Shown here piece by piece: positions 11,901 through 22,487 of a DNA stretch of 64,000 bases. The DNA is taken from assembly GCF_910592395.1 (NCBI RefSeq), contig NC_088308.1, positions 744,001-808,000 on the forward strand, in the 5' to 3' direction. The notes beneath the pieces are model-generated. The model had not been told where the DNA came from. It did not search any database and saw only the letters and a program-made list of their open reading frames with translations. Source of the DNA: Lineus longissimus. Lineage: Eukaryota. Positions within the stretch are counted from its first letter, which is position 1. Each line of letters begins with the position of its first letter. The translations under genes were made by a program, and so were the position numbers.

Positions 11901-14900
11901 GTTGTTTGTATTAAGTAGCTTAACATAATAGTGTTATTGTTTCTGATTAATCAATCACATTATTCATTTCTGTTTAGTTTAAGGTCCCTGATGATGCAGC
12001 CTTTCTCCGTTCAGTTGTTCAGTTGTTATCCTTCTTGATGGTGATATACCAAGGAGTTTAACATCAGTAGCTTACCATTATTTGCTGAATTCATGAGTAA
12101 ATTGAAAAAAATCTTGATCAAATTTTGCAGAAGTTAAACCGATGATCTGGGACCCGTTTTATCGTGAGCAGAACGAATTTTTGCGAGAGATTTGTAGCGA
12201 GTAGGCGTGTCAGTTAGACTTCGATCAGATCGATATGCACACTTTTAACATCACACCCTTCACATATAGATCGTCTACTGCACTCTGACAAGGCTCTAGC
12301 TTGTTTTAATACAGTTGTCCTTGTTTTGAATACCAATGTCTTTGTCTATGTTTTAAGCACCGTGTAGCAGTCGATGAGATATTCAGAGTTGCCCTAATCA
12401 AGGCGAGAAATGTATTATCTCCTTGTTCCGTGTATTCTGTGAGTTACATGTATGCGTCTCCGTCAACCATCCCACGGACCAACAAATCGAATTGTTCAAT
12501 ACCAAACGATTCTCACTTGTTGTCGATTCTTAAGGTGTTGCTGTGATGCTTGGCGAACAACTTGCTCGTACATTTCACTAGAGCAAAACAACCAACTACT
12601 AGTGTAGCGTATAAATCAACATAGCATACCTTTCGTATGCACATTTCATATATTCTCGAGACAGATATCGGCCCCTGGTAGTTAAGATAACTATTTCTTT
12701 CAGGTTAGCTTGGGTTTCTGTTAAGACTGTTATAATTGGCTACTGGGTATGTGTTATAAAGCATAGCCATGTGGCTGTTACTGCGAAGGTTACAGGTCGT
12801 TATGTGTAGGTAAAACATGTAAGAGCTGAGATAACCGATTTCTCGATACGAAGGAAGTCGGTGGTTGTATCAACGTACAAGTCGATGCAGTTGCGGCTTC
12901 TCTCGTAGTTTCACCATTTTGAAGCACTCGATCAGTATTTCGGGCTCCGAGAAGCATCGTTGATCTAGCAGGTTATAGGCCTACATCTAACGCCGATCCC
13001 TGTAAACATCATGACCACGAAAACAACGGCCTGGGAGACGTGCTTGTGCACTCTTGTTCTTTAGCTTTTAAAAAACATTTCGGCTTTACACAAATTTGCA
13101 CATATTACTGAGAGGTTTAGAGATTTTTCAGAATCTCAAAAAGCCACAAAATAATCTCGAAGAGGTGAATATTTGTGTTGGCGGAAAAGCTCCAGAACAT
13201 TTAGATCTAAGTGTATTGTTGCTTGAAGAGAACCAGCGATATCATCTGGTTTCCCCTTCATAATCCGAATACCTTGGTGAGAAGCATAGCGAGGCCTACA
13301 GAATTGCAGCTAGTGCACATCGCTATAGCCTGCATTCCTCGCCAGGTTATCTTTTTCACTACCAATCGTGCACAGCATACTCAGGCTGAGCAAGCTGCAA
13401 CGACTGATAGGTAAACTTGGGGGCCTCTCAAGTAACTTTCCGTGTCTATCAGCGTTTTATAGTCTGTGTGAAATAGAATACAAGAATGATCAAACTCAGC
13501 ATCTAATGGTAACTAGAAAGATCAAGGCAATGAGTGTTCATTGTTGAAAAGCGACAGTTCCTCTTATTATTGATATACGGAGGCTGAAATCGCCACCGAT
13601 GCTAACAGCCTGAAGATGTTAATGCAAGCCTTTAACGTAACAAGCGGAATCTTCTTTTTGACAAAAACACTACAAGTTATTAAGAGAGTCCAAGCCCACA
13701 GCTGGTGTCGGCCAAATGTCAACCAGGTTAGGACACTCGAGGTATGAATTCATTTTGAGGAAAGACCACTGGATCTATTTTGAAAGCAATCATTATCAGC
13801 ATCGGAATGTTGAGAGTTGTCAATTAGGATTTCAGAGGCAGATTTCGACCCTTAATTTGGATGAAAGAGGAGGCAGGACCTAGGGAATCAGGCGGAAGAA
13901 AAATATGTCAGGGTGAATGAAACCAAAATAGTGACCCTTTAGGTTGGATGGGATGACGTAACGAGGCGTTGCCATAGTTCTCATCTATTATCAGCGCCAT
14001 ATTCCGCTTTTTCAACAAAGCGCAAAAAGACCAAATCGTCCTAATTCTCCTATAATATTTTGCATTTCTTTGGATTACGTCGCGATAATCTCGGCTCGGA
14101 GAATTCCTTTATCATGTTTCTCAACATCACACTTGAGGTCGCACGGGCGGCAATAACACTTTTATGTTGAGAGCTTTGGAGAGAACATGGGACACGTGTT
14201 CGCCTGGGGCCACTTTTGATGAAAAAATAGAGTTTGCATGCATATGGTGACTAGAGGTCAGACTGTCAGAGGACGGCCTTTTTACACCACAAATAACTCA
14301 CCAAAACTACATCTATATACATGTACGTGTAATGTGTCGAATTATGTAAACTAAATATCATGTTGTGCACTATACGGTAAAGTATTAATACTAACTGTGT
14401 TGATAACTGACTTGATTACCGTAGCTAACTGATACCATAACTGCATTGTAACAACATTATAGTAACTCCGATGTTAGCAGACGTACAGGCCGAGATGGAG
14501 AATCGACCATCCTGGAGCTCGACAATGACCAGATCATAATGTGCAAGCATGCTCAAACACTAGAATAGGGCAGAGAAAGTCAAAATGGTGATCACCAACT
14601 TAAAAAAGTATTAAATTTATCACATGAAATAATTTAGGATCAGCGCGATGCTATCATCCTTATCCTTTTTCGAAATGTCGTTGTTGCGTTGCGCCGATTA
14701 CTCCGAAGTCATTGAAACTCAGCACTATGCAGCTATCCTTACAGTATTTTCGTTTCCTTCCAGAAAAAGTATACTCAGATTCAGCATTTTTCGAAGACTC
14801 TTTGCAAAGCTTCCCCACAGTTGAAGAGCAAATCAAGCTGGCCCGATCAGTGGCGAATGTTCTCACCACGGAGGCCGCCATGCAGAACTCCAGAGGAGCT

Positions 14901-16065
14901 AAAATGTTCACCAAACGAAAAGAGAGAGCTGAGAAATGGATTCATGAAAACGAACTCGAGGGCGAGCCGGGGGTGGCGGCACCTAACAAAAACATATCAT
15001 CGCAGCCTGCGGGGCAGCCCAAGCATAAGATGTACAAGTGTATCGATCCTGACGAACCAGTCCGGGCACCCACATGGAAACCCACACCGCCGCCGCCACC
15101 GGCCCTCTTGCCGAAGACAAAAGACGACTATGGCCCAACCAAGTTGCCTTCAACGAAGAACGTCATCACGCCGGAACAACTTGAACAGATCAAGCTCCGA
15201 GCACCAAAGTCGCAACATAATTCCGTTGCGCCCGAGAAATGCTTCAGCTTAGCTGCAGCACTTCATGCCTCGAAAGGACGGGGTGGACAGATCTTTGCCA
15301 AACGTCGAGCCAAGTCAGAAAGCTGGGTCGTTGACGAAGATAACGTGAAGAAAGCACCTCCGAAACCGCAGGTTGATCTTTCGGCGGTATCTCAAGCGCG
15401 GGCGGGGTTGAAGAAGACACCGAAGCCCTCGAAGACACCTTGGCAAGCGGCCATGGAGCATCCACACGGTGATGTCGACCCGGCTTTTGAACATTTAGCT
15501 TCCAACAAGAGGCACACGATAGGCAGTGATGTGTTTGATAGCTTAACACGGAAGCAGGGATGGCCAGGTGAGAAGATGTTGGTTGTGGGTTGTTCGGAAC
15601 ACTTGTGTAGGTGGTTAACCACCGCTTATTACATGTACAATGTACTACCAAAATGTATTCAGTAATAGCTTAACTGCATAAAGCCACTCAGTATACCCTT
15701 TTCTTCCAGATCCCGCCCTACCCAACAGCAAAACGAAACTAGCCGCAGAGAAAAAAGAAGGTCCCGACTTCAAAAATTTTAACCGAAAAGCGCGAGGTTG
15801 GGGAGGTGGTGACAACGATAATGAAAGATGGTCGACTTCAAGTGTAAATAGTGAGGACTCTGGGTCAAGGAAAGCTGATACTCTGCCTAGGTCGGTCTCC
15901 TTCAAGATGGAGGACGACGCCCGGTCGACGCCCACGTTTAGCCCTAATAGATTACAGTTTGATTCGAGCAGAGGACGGATGCAGCCACAGATACCCCATG
16001 GTGCTACACCTCCGCGTATGGCTTTCCCTGTAGGGGGCGCTTCGAAGGGTGCTACTGACCTTTAG
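5045..16065 (+). CDS. Myozenin/calsarcin-synaptopodin-like Z-disc protein (multi-exon gene)
   Basis: Exons 5045-5982 (ATG 5046; donor GTAAGT at 5983, phase 1), 14764-15567 (acceptor ttccttccag, phase 1) and 15710-16065 (TAG 16063-16065) join in frame as ...RLRKKKVYSDSAFF... The product has two RGxx[MI]FxKR..R.E.W motifs (RGAKMFTKRKERAEKW, RGGQIFAKRRAKSESW), a polyproline tract, TPWQAAMEHPHGDVDPAF and FNRKARGW, recalled as myozenin/synaptopodin-2 family motifs. It ends in ATDL. Confidence 0.8.
7181..7441. mobile_element. MITE-like element, about 260 bp, with 16-bp terminal inverted repeats
   Basis: ccccataacaaagttt (7181-7196) is the exact reverse complement of aaactttgttatgggg (7426-7441). 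No target-site duplication identified. Confidence 0.55.
8558..10392 (+). CDS. Large Lys/Ser-rich alternative exon B of the same gene (about 610 aa)
   Basis: 621-codon ORF inside the A-to-core intron. Acceptor catgcag at 8557, ATG at 8571, donor G|GTGAGT at 10393 in phase 1, in frame with the 14764 exon. Confidence 0.65.
11143..11181 (+). CDS. Candidate 39-nt symmetric (phase 1-1) cassette microexon
   Basis: Strong acceptor tttgctctcctgtttcag, donor A|GTGAGA, length divisible by 3, stop-free in frame (xILDPSIDYTTASx). Confidence 0.45.
14764..15567 (+). CDS. Conserved core exon of the myozenin/synaptopodin-like gene
   Basis: Part of ORF 14712-15665, bounded by ccag| and |GTGAGA; carries the two RG..F.KR motifs. 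Confidence 0.85.
15710..16065 (+). CDS. Last coding exon of the myozenin/synaptopodin-like gene
   Basis: Acceptor cccttttcttccag; reads DPALPNSK...DFKNFNRKARGW...GATDL*. Confidence 0.8.
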
Positions 16066-18728
16066 GTGAGTATGAGCATAAAGCTATGGATCCGCCTATT
16101 GTGACTCACCTAAAGTAGATAGAGTGCTGGACGACACATTAGGCATAAGAAAGGTCGACACTGACAGCTGGTTTCCAAATTTGAAAGCGTCATGGGTTTC
16201 TTTTTATACATGTTTCAGGTTTGCGGGCCATCGTGTCAACAAGGACAGTCTCGTTCAGAGGACTATCATCTCCGTCATCAGTATTAGTGTGGCATGAACT
16301 TGTGTGGTCTCCAAATAAGGAACAGTTTTATATGCGGGACACGAGGTTGGATTATTTGACATCATTCACTCATCCGAAATATGTGGTTGGATATTCTGCT
16401 GAGCAGACGAGGCGTGTTGTTGGGGGTTTGATAGATTTGATTCTGTAAATAAGTGTACTATAAGGATTGCTGAGACGATTTCGTAAGATTGTGTATAGAT
16501 TCATTAGTTAAAGGTAAATCTCTTGCTACAACTACGTAAATACTAGTTTACAAATAGCATGCAGAAATGCCTTCAATGGAGTGGGGTTTTGATATTTGCC
16601 CGCGGGACTAGTCGTATATCTATTTTACAGGAGCTGTTTATAATTCATGATGGATAATTGATACTGATTAACTTACGGTGATGTTCAGCGGAGTGCTTTC
16701 TTAGAGAAAAAATATAAAAATATGCTTCAATTGATAAAATGTTGCCGGATATCAAAGCAACGAGGAATGTTCACTGACCACGCTTACGTAATCTTCTCCA
16801 ATCAAATGCTTCAAAATCATGACGTCACAAAAGGATTAATTATGTCGGTAAATTGTAAAACACGATGGATTTCGTGAAGACGCTATGTGGGTTTATACCT
16901 TTGTTCATTAGATGACGAGTGCTGTCCAGAAGGGGTCGCAGGGCCTGTTGTGACCAAGTGGTACGAGTGTCATGAGTGTGGTGTTTTGTGTTAGAATATC
17001 ATGGGGTGGTTGGATAGGTAGATGGGGGAGGGAGGGGGGATACGTGTGCTTACCACTCCCTGGATAAAAGGCTATTCCCTATATTTGTAGTACGACCAAA
17101 AACAAAAAAAAAGAAAGCATAATAACACAAGGATACACCAAGCTCTGCATCAAGAAGCAGATACACTTTGCTTGTATCCCGTGATTTTGTCTTGCGATAC
17201 GACGAGGATGAACACACAAGGTTCACTCGGCATAAGCTTGCAATTTGGCAATATATATAAATAACTATTAAAACAACATTAAACGTTATTTTTGAGCACA
17301 ACGTTGTTGTTGTATTTTCTTAATTGGACGCCCATTTATTTTGAAGATGATCGATAGTGTAAGAAGGTGGTTTTCGATGGCCACCACTGACAAATTGACC
17401 AGAGCCGGTCAACACGACCGACCACTACACCAATAGTAAAGGACCGGGTCCGCTAGACTGGTTTCAGCTGTGATCGCTCGCTTCCAACGAGGTTTTTATG
17501 GGGGGGGGGGGGATACGACAACCCCACCAGCGGGTAGTTTTTGATTACCAGACTGGTTTTTGGAGTCGATCTGCACGCGTGTTGCTCTTACTCAAGTCAT
17601 TACGCCTATGATAGGCTCGGATGTACTGTTGGGAGAAATGAACACATGCACCAGTATGGCGTTGCTTGGTGAAGGTGGGAATGCCATGGAGTCTTCAGGT
17701 CCGCTCGACACGTGACTGATATAAGGAGTAGGGTTTCCGGGGACGTGCGTACTGCTTTTTACAAAGCGGGGGTGCTAGTCTGCGTAGTACGATCAAGTAC
17801 AAACCTCTTAGCAGACGAATCGTATACCTCGGCATTTACATGGGTCGAGCTAGCCATGCGGCTAACACACTGGTAGAGCTAGCATGCTAGCATACAGTCA
17901 GCTACCTGTAAAGCAAGGCATACAGATGTTTTGAATCTGAGCTGCCATATATAGCTATGTGATATTCAATCGCCTTCCTTGAAATAGAAAAGCTCACCAG
18001 CAAGGTATACGCGCAGTCCACTAGCGCCTCGTAGCGGATACAGAGTGCGAGGACATCTGGTTGTTCGGTAGAAACTGCGATAGCCATGCTAGTCAATGCG
18101 AACTGGTCAGGTACAATCCCCGTAAACAATCAAAGTGAAGATCATCATTTGGTTAGCAATTTAAGTCATGTGCTCTACTTGCTTCAACTCACAAAATAGT
18201 TTGGTCGTGATGGTCATCCCATGCAATCAAACGAATCAACACATTTTCATTGTTTTCATGTAGTTTCTTTGAAAAAGTATGACAATGACAGTTTCCAAAA
18301 ATGGATATTACATATGTATTTTGAAAGACAACCACTATGTATTAAACATGCACTGTAGCACGATTCATAAGTGAAAGTCAAATAAAAAAATAATCCCCAT
18401 AGGAATTTCTGACTTAAACGTTTCCCTCGTACCATCGGCCACTGGCATAGTGTATTGACCAATGTCGCGCCAAAATGCCCGTGAAATGTCATTCGTTGTC
18501 ACTCTGATTTGTTGGCGCCTTCGCCCACGACTCCGATAAATGATGGCCAACACAAGAGCTTCTTCCAACAAGACAACCATCACATTCACCACAGTGACGA
18601 ACATTTTTGTCATATTTCAACAGCTAGTAGCAAACGAACATGTCAAAAATGTTTCAACTCAATTTGGAAACCTTGGTTTGTCATTTTAAAGCAGTAGGCC
18701 TACACTAGTTCCAACCAACTGGGGCATA

Positions 18729-19850
18729 CTACGGAGAGGGAAATTTCGTTTTCATCCTAGTGAGGATACGTTCAGTGATATTGACAATGGGCACCAAATC
18801 TCTGACATCGACACCGGCATATTTCCGATTGAACCAAGACGCGAAGAAATGGATCCAGTGATGTGTCGTAAACGAATCACCATTCCCCTTATTCTTGAAG
18901 CTGCGTTTTCTCAGATCGTTGCACAATCTAGTCCAGTCCGGATCTTTGATTCCACGGGAGCATGTAGAGCTTATCTTTGCCCGTTGACCGTTGTCAAAAT
19001 GGGGCAGCATCTCGTCTGGAGTAGCCACATAAACTTTGGCAAAAGCACTACTGTTTAGATTTTTGTCTCTCTCCAATGAAACTGTATAATTTTGCAAGAA
19101 TTTTTCCAACATTTTTGGGCCAGTTTTCTGCTGGACGTCTTTTGCTGGTGAATTTTTGAAAATTGTTGGTAGCTCTTTGATCAACTGGCCAAAGAAGGGA
19201 TGACCAGGGGCCGATGCCATTACAGCATTACTCGCCAATCTCTTCAAGCCAAAAATGAAATATGTGTGTTCAAGAGGCTCCTGGGACAGAATACATGATC
19301 TTCCCTCCAAGAGAGGGTCAAGTTTCCGTAAGAGCTCCATGTCCATGTCTGCGTAGAATCCCCCAAACTCATGCAACACCAGATAGCGAAACACATCAGT
19401 TCTCATAATGTGATTCGAGTAGCCATGAAATGTTTTGAGGAACCACGGGAAAAGTTTTTGAACGAATAAATCAATGTCTTGGTCTCGCCAGAACCAGTAC
19501 TCCCAGTCAGAGTGATACTCATGCCACGTTTTTACATAGGGAACGATAGATTGCGGAATCATGTACCCGCTCCATGTCTGGTGAAAGATAGGAGGTATCC
19601 CCGTTTTCATTCCCACTGGCGAAACGGCTTTCTGATTGCCCAACTCTTGAGCGAATTCAGCACCATTCACTGGTTCTAACTTAACAGAGCCTTTTGCAGG
19701 AGCGGTTTTCCCAACAAACACATTTCTTGATCGGGATGGAAATCTGTCTGGAAAAGTCGTAAACATATAAAAACAGAAAACGACTCCGATTGAAAATCCA
19801 ATACAAGTTGCAACCGCGAGTTTCAGCGGCTTTAGAGTCATCTTCAACAT
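18729..19850 (-). CDS. Glycosyltransferase family 32 (OCH1/SUR1, MIPC-synthase-like), type II membrane protein, 373 aa
   Basis: Single-exon ORF with an N-terminal TM anchor, IPPIFHQTW, RTDVFRYLVLHEFGGFYADMD (DXD motif), NAVMASAPGHPFF and TGP motifs. Confidence 0.9.
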   Translation of the reverse strand: MLKMTLKPLKLAVATCIGFSIGVVFCFYMFTTFPDRFPSRSRNVFVGKTAPAKGSVKLEPVNGAEFAQELGNQKAVSPVGMKTGIPPIFHQTWSGYMIPQSIVPYVKTWHEYHSDWEYWFWRDQDIDLFVQKLFPWFLKTFHGYSNHIMRTDVFRYLVLHEFGGFYADMDMELLRKLDPLLEGRSCILSQEPLEHTYFIFGLKRLASNAVMASAPGHPFFGQLIKELPTIFKNSPAKDVQQKTGPKMLEKFLQNYTVSLERDKNLNSSAFAKVYVATPDEMLPHFDNGQRAKISSTCSRGIKDPDWTRLCNDLRKRSFKNKGNGDSFTTHHWIHFFASWFNRKYAGVDVRDLVPIVNITERILTRMKTKFPSP

Positions 19851-19886
19851 TGTTTAATTTAACTCCATCGATGAATAGTCCTGGTT

Positions 19887-20300
19887 TCAGCTGATAGATA
19901 GGCCTATCTGAGACAGTGGTTGTTGTAAGTCCTCGAATCTCAACGTCAGCTGATAGATAGGCCTATCTGAGACAGTGGCTTGTGTAAGTCCTTCGAATCT
20001 CGACGTCAGCTGATAGATATGTTAGTGGTTGTTGCGACTCCTTCGAATCTCGACGTCAGCTGATAGATATGTCAGTGGTTGTTGCGACTCCTTCGAATCT
20101 CGACGTCAGCTGATAGATAGGTCAATGGTTGGTGTAAGTCCTTCGAATCTCGACGTCAGCTGATAGATAGGTCAATGGTTGGTGCAAGTCCTTCGAATCT
20201 CGACGTCAGCTGATAGATAGGTCAATGGTTGGTGTAAGTCCTTCGAATCTCGACGTCAGCTGATAGACATGTCAGTGGTTGTTGTGACTCCTTCGAATCT
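19887..20300. repeat. Minisatellite, 50-bp unit x8 (first two units 59-60 bp)
   Basis: Unit cgacgtcagctgatagataggtcaatggttggtgtaagtccttcgaatct; CAGCTG at 19888, 19947, 20007, 20057, 20107, 20157, 20207, 20257. Confidence 0.95.
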
Positions 20301-20519
20301 GCGCTGGATCGGAACAGGTCTACCAACTACTCTTGCTTATAACTACATGTATTTGAGATCTAATATTTGAGCACTTATGGTTCAATATGTAATGTTGAGT
20401 CGTAATTGGTATTGTGACGGACCTATGTACACAGGTCCGTGGCATTATGTTGTTCAATGGCTTGCGTGATCAGCCCTCAATGATCGTCGTGGACTGACCT
20501 AACATCTCACTGTGCTCTA

Positions 20520-20605
20520 CAGGGTGGCCCAGAAATATTTTCCCTTGACAATAGAATTCTATTGTGTAACCATTGTGTGAGGGAAAATAATTCTGGGCCA
20601 CCCTG
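20520..20605. mobile_element. 86-bp Tc1/mariner-type MITE flanked by TA
   Basis: TA|cagggtggcccagaaatattttccct ... agggaaaataattctgggccaccctg|TA: near-perfect TIRs of about 26 bp and TA on both sides. Confidence 0.8.
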
Positions 20606-20849
20606 TAGATGGCATGCACACCATAGCCTGTACTTGGCCGTCTCTTCTATTCCTTAGACACAAGGGCCTAACGAAAACCCGGGACCTCTCGCTCCTATAA
20701 CTCGTTTGAAATATCGAGAGGCGGAGTATCTTGAGAATCACTGGTAGTATGTCAGGATGATACATTGTGCTGATGCGATTAAAGTTAGACTCCCGTGGTA
20801 GGGTGTCCCGTTTTCCCTAGTCGTGAAGTAAGCCCAACTGCTCGGTCCT

Positions 20850-21932
20850 TCAACGCCTTGCATTACACTTCATAGCATTACCAATTCTCAGGATTGACTT
20901 TTTCACATCTGCCCGAAATGATGCACTACTGAGGCAGTAGAGGTAACCATTCAGGCAGGAATTTAAATTCATCCAAATACGGAGAACCTTTGAGAATATC
21001 TGAATCAGCATGACATACTTGCAAGTCCACTTATAATTCCAGCCGGGTAATGGTTGCAGCGGGAGGCCGAGCCAAATATGGTGTGGCGCATTAAGAACCA
21101 AATACATAATTGATACAAGGAGACAGATGACAGTGATTTGACGATCCTTGGCCACCTGGGAGACTCGCTGGTCCTGGGTTCCGCCCATTTGTTTCCGGGA
21201 CTTTGCTGATCTCGCGAGAGTTACAATGATGATTATGTTACAAAGCGCTAGTACCGCAAATGGCAAATATACAGATAAAATATTTTCTTTAACGTAAATG
21301 AGGTCTAACATCCACGGCCATTTCACAGAGAAAAGACAAAGACCATCATAACCAAAATTTTTGACATAAAGGAGGTTATCAAGCGGCGCCAAGGCACAAA
21401 ATACAAAAGTGAAAGACAGTGTTACAAGAGCGTTTTTAACTGAAAACACTCTGGCAGCCCAAAGGGGGATTGACACTGCGATTGCCCTTTCAATGGTCAG
21501 AACTAACAGTATGTACGACTGGAGATATAACAAGAAAACGATGGCGTAATTCTTGAGTTTACATTCGAGATTAGTGCGGTAAAATCGATAAGACATAGGA
21601 ATGTTCCAATCGATGCAGCCACTCGTCAGAGAAATGGCTTCACAGAATGCCAGGACTGTCATGTAAAGATACGCCGAGTTCCTCCTGGCTTTTGGTAGGC
21701 AGCCAAGCAGGGCCAGACCGTTCCCTATATAACATAACGGAAGGAGCACATACCAGCTGTATCTGAAAATAATCCAGTCAACTTTTAGGAGAAGCAATAG
21801 ATACGGTTCGTAGTTGAATCGTCGCACGTCACAAATCACCTTCCACGTCGGGAAAACACGTTGAGCCGCAGTGGTGACGTCATCACTTGGCATGCTCCAA
21901 TTGGCCATCTGGTGGTCTTGTGTTGATTCCAT
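20850..21932 (-). CDS. Rhodopsin-class (class A) GPCR, peptide/FMRFamide-receptor-like, 360 aa
   Basis: Single-exon ORF with seven hydrophobic segments, TM1 GN, TM3 C...LTIERAIAVSIP, TM5 LPF...N, TM6 P and TM7 NSCLNGYLY followed by helix 8 FR. Confidence 0.9.
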   Translation of the reverse strand: MESTQDHQMANWSMPSDDVTTAAQRVFPTWKVICDVRRFNYEPYLLLLLKVDWIIFRYSWYVLLPLCYIGNGLALLGCLPKARRNSAYLYMTVLAFCEAISLTSGCIDWNIPMSYRFYRTNLECKLKNYAIVFLLYLQSYILLVLTIERAIAVSIPLWAARVFSVKNALVTLSFTFVFCALAPLDNLLYVKNFGYDGLCLFSVKWPWMLDLIYVKENILSVYLPFAVLALCNIIIIVTLARSAKSRKQMGGTQDQRVSQVAKDRQITVICLLVSIMYLVLNAPHHIWLGLPLQPLPGWNYKWTCKYVMLIQIFSKVLRIWMNLNSCLNGYLYCLSSASFRADVKKSILRIGNAMKCNARR

Positions 21933-22487
21933 CGTTGTACAGTATCAAGCCAAGACAACTGACGATATTGATTGCCTTGCCTGGGCTCAGTCCCGCCCTC
22001 AAACTCACTGTCCCGAAGCTAAACGCCGAAATCCACGTGGACGGCGTAGGCCTACGTTACTCGAAGATCAGAGCTGGTCGTTGACATTTTCGCCTTTTAA
22101 GATTGGTAGCATCCGTAATAATTGCAAGACTGAAAACGCTGCGAAACGAAGGGAAAGGAAAATGTAATCTTCGGTACACACTGTCCATCGGTGCAGTGGA
22201 GCTTGCCTGGGGCTTGTCCGATTAAGTCAAGGAATTGAAAAGTGACAATGTCCCGCCTTGTGTACTAACCCCACTCATAAATGAGTTAGGAGACAAAGCA
22301 GACACTGTCGATCAACGGAATAATAACAGATTACCCCTGTTTTCATGCACTATTGCTATCATTCTCCGAGCAGATATGGATCCCAGGGTTCTCCACCTCT
22401 GCCAACACAGACTGCCATTGCAACACGAGGTCTCGGATGGGTAACAGGCACGTGACGGTCAAGTATCAGTTGGCGATCGACCAGTCA

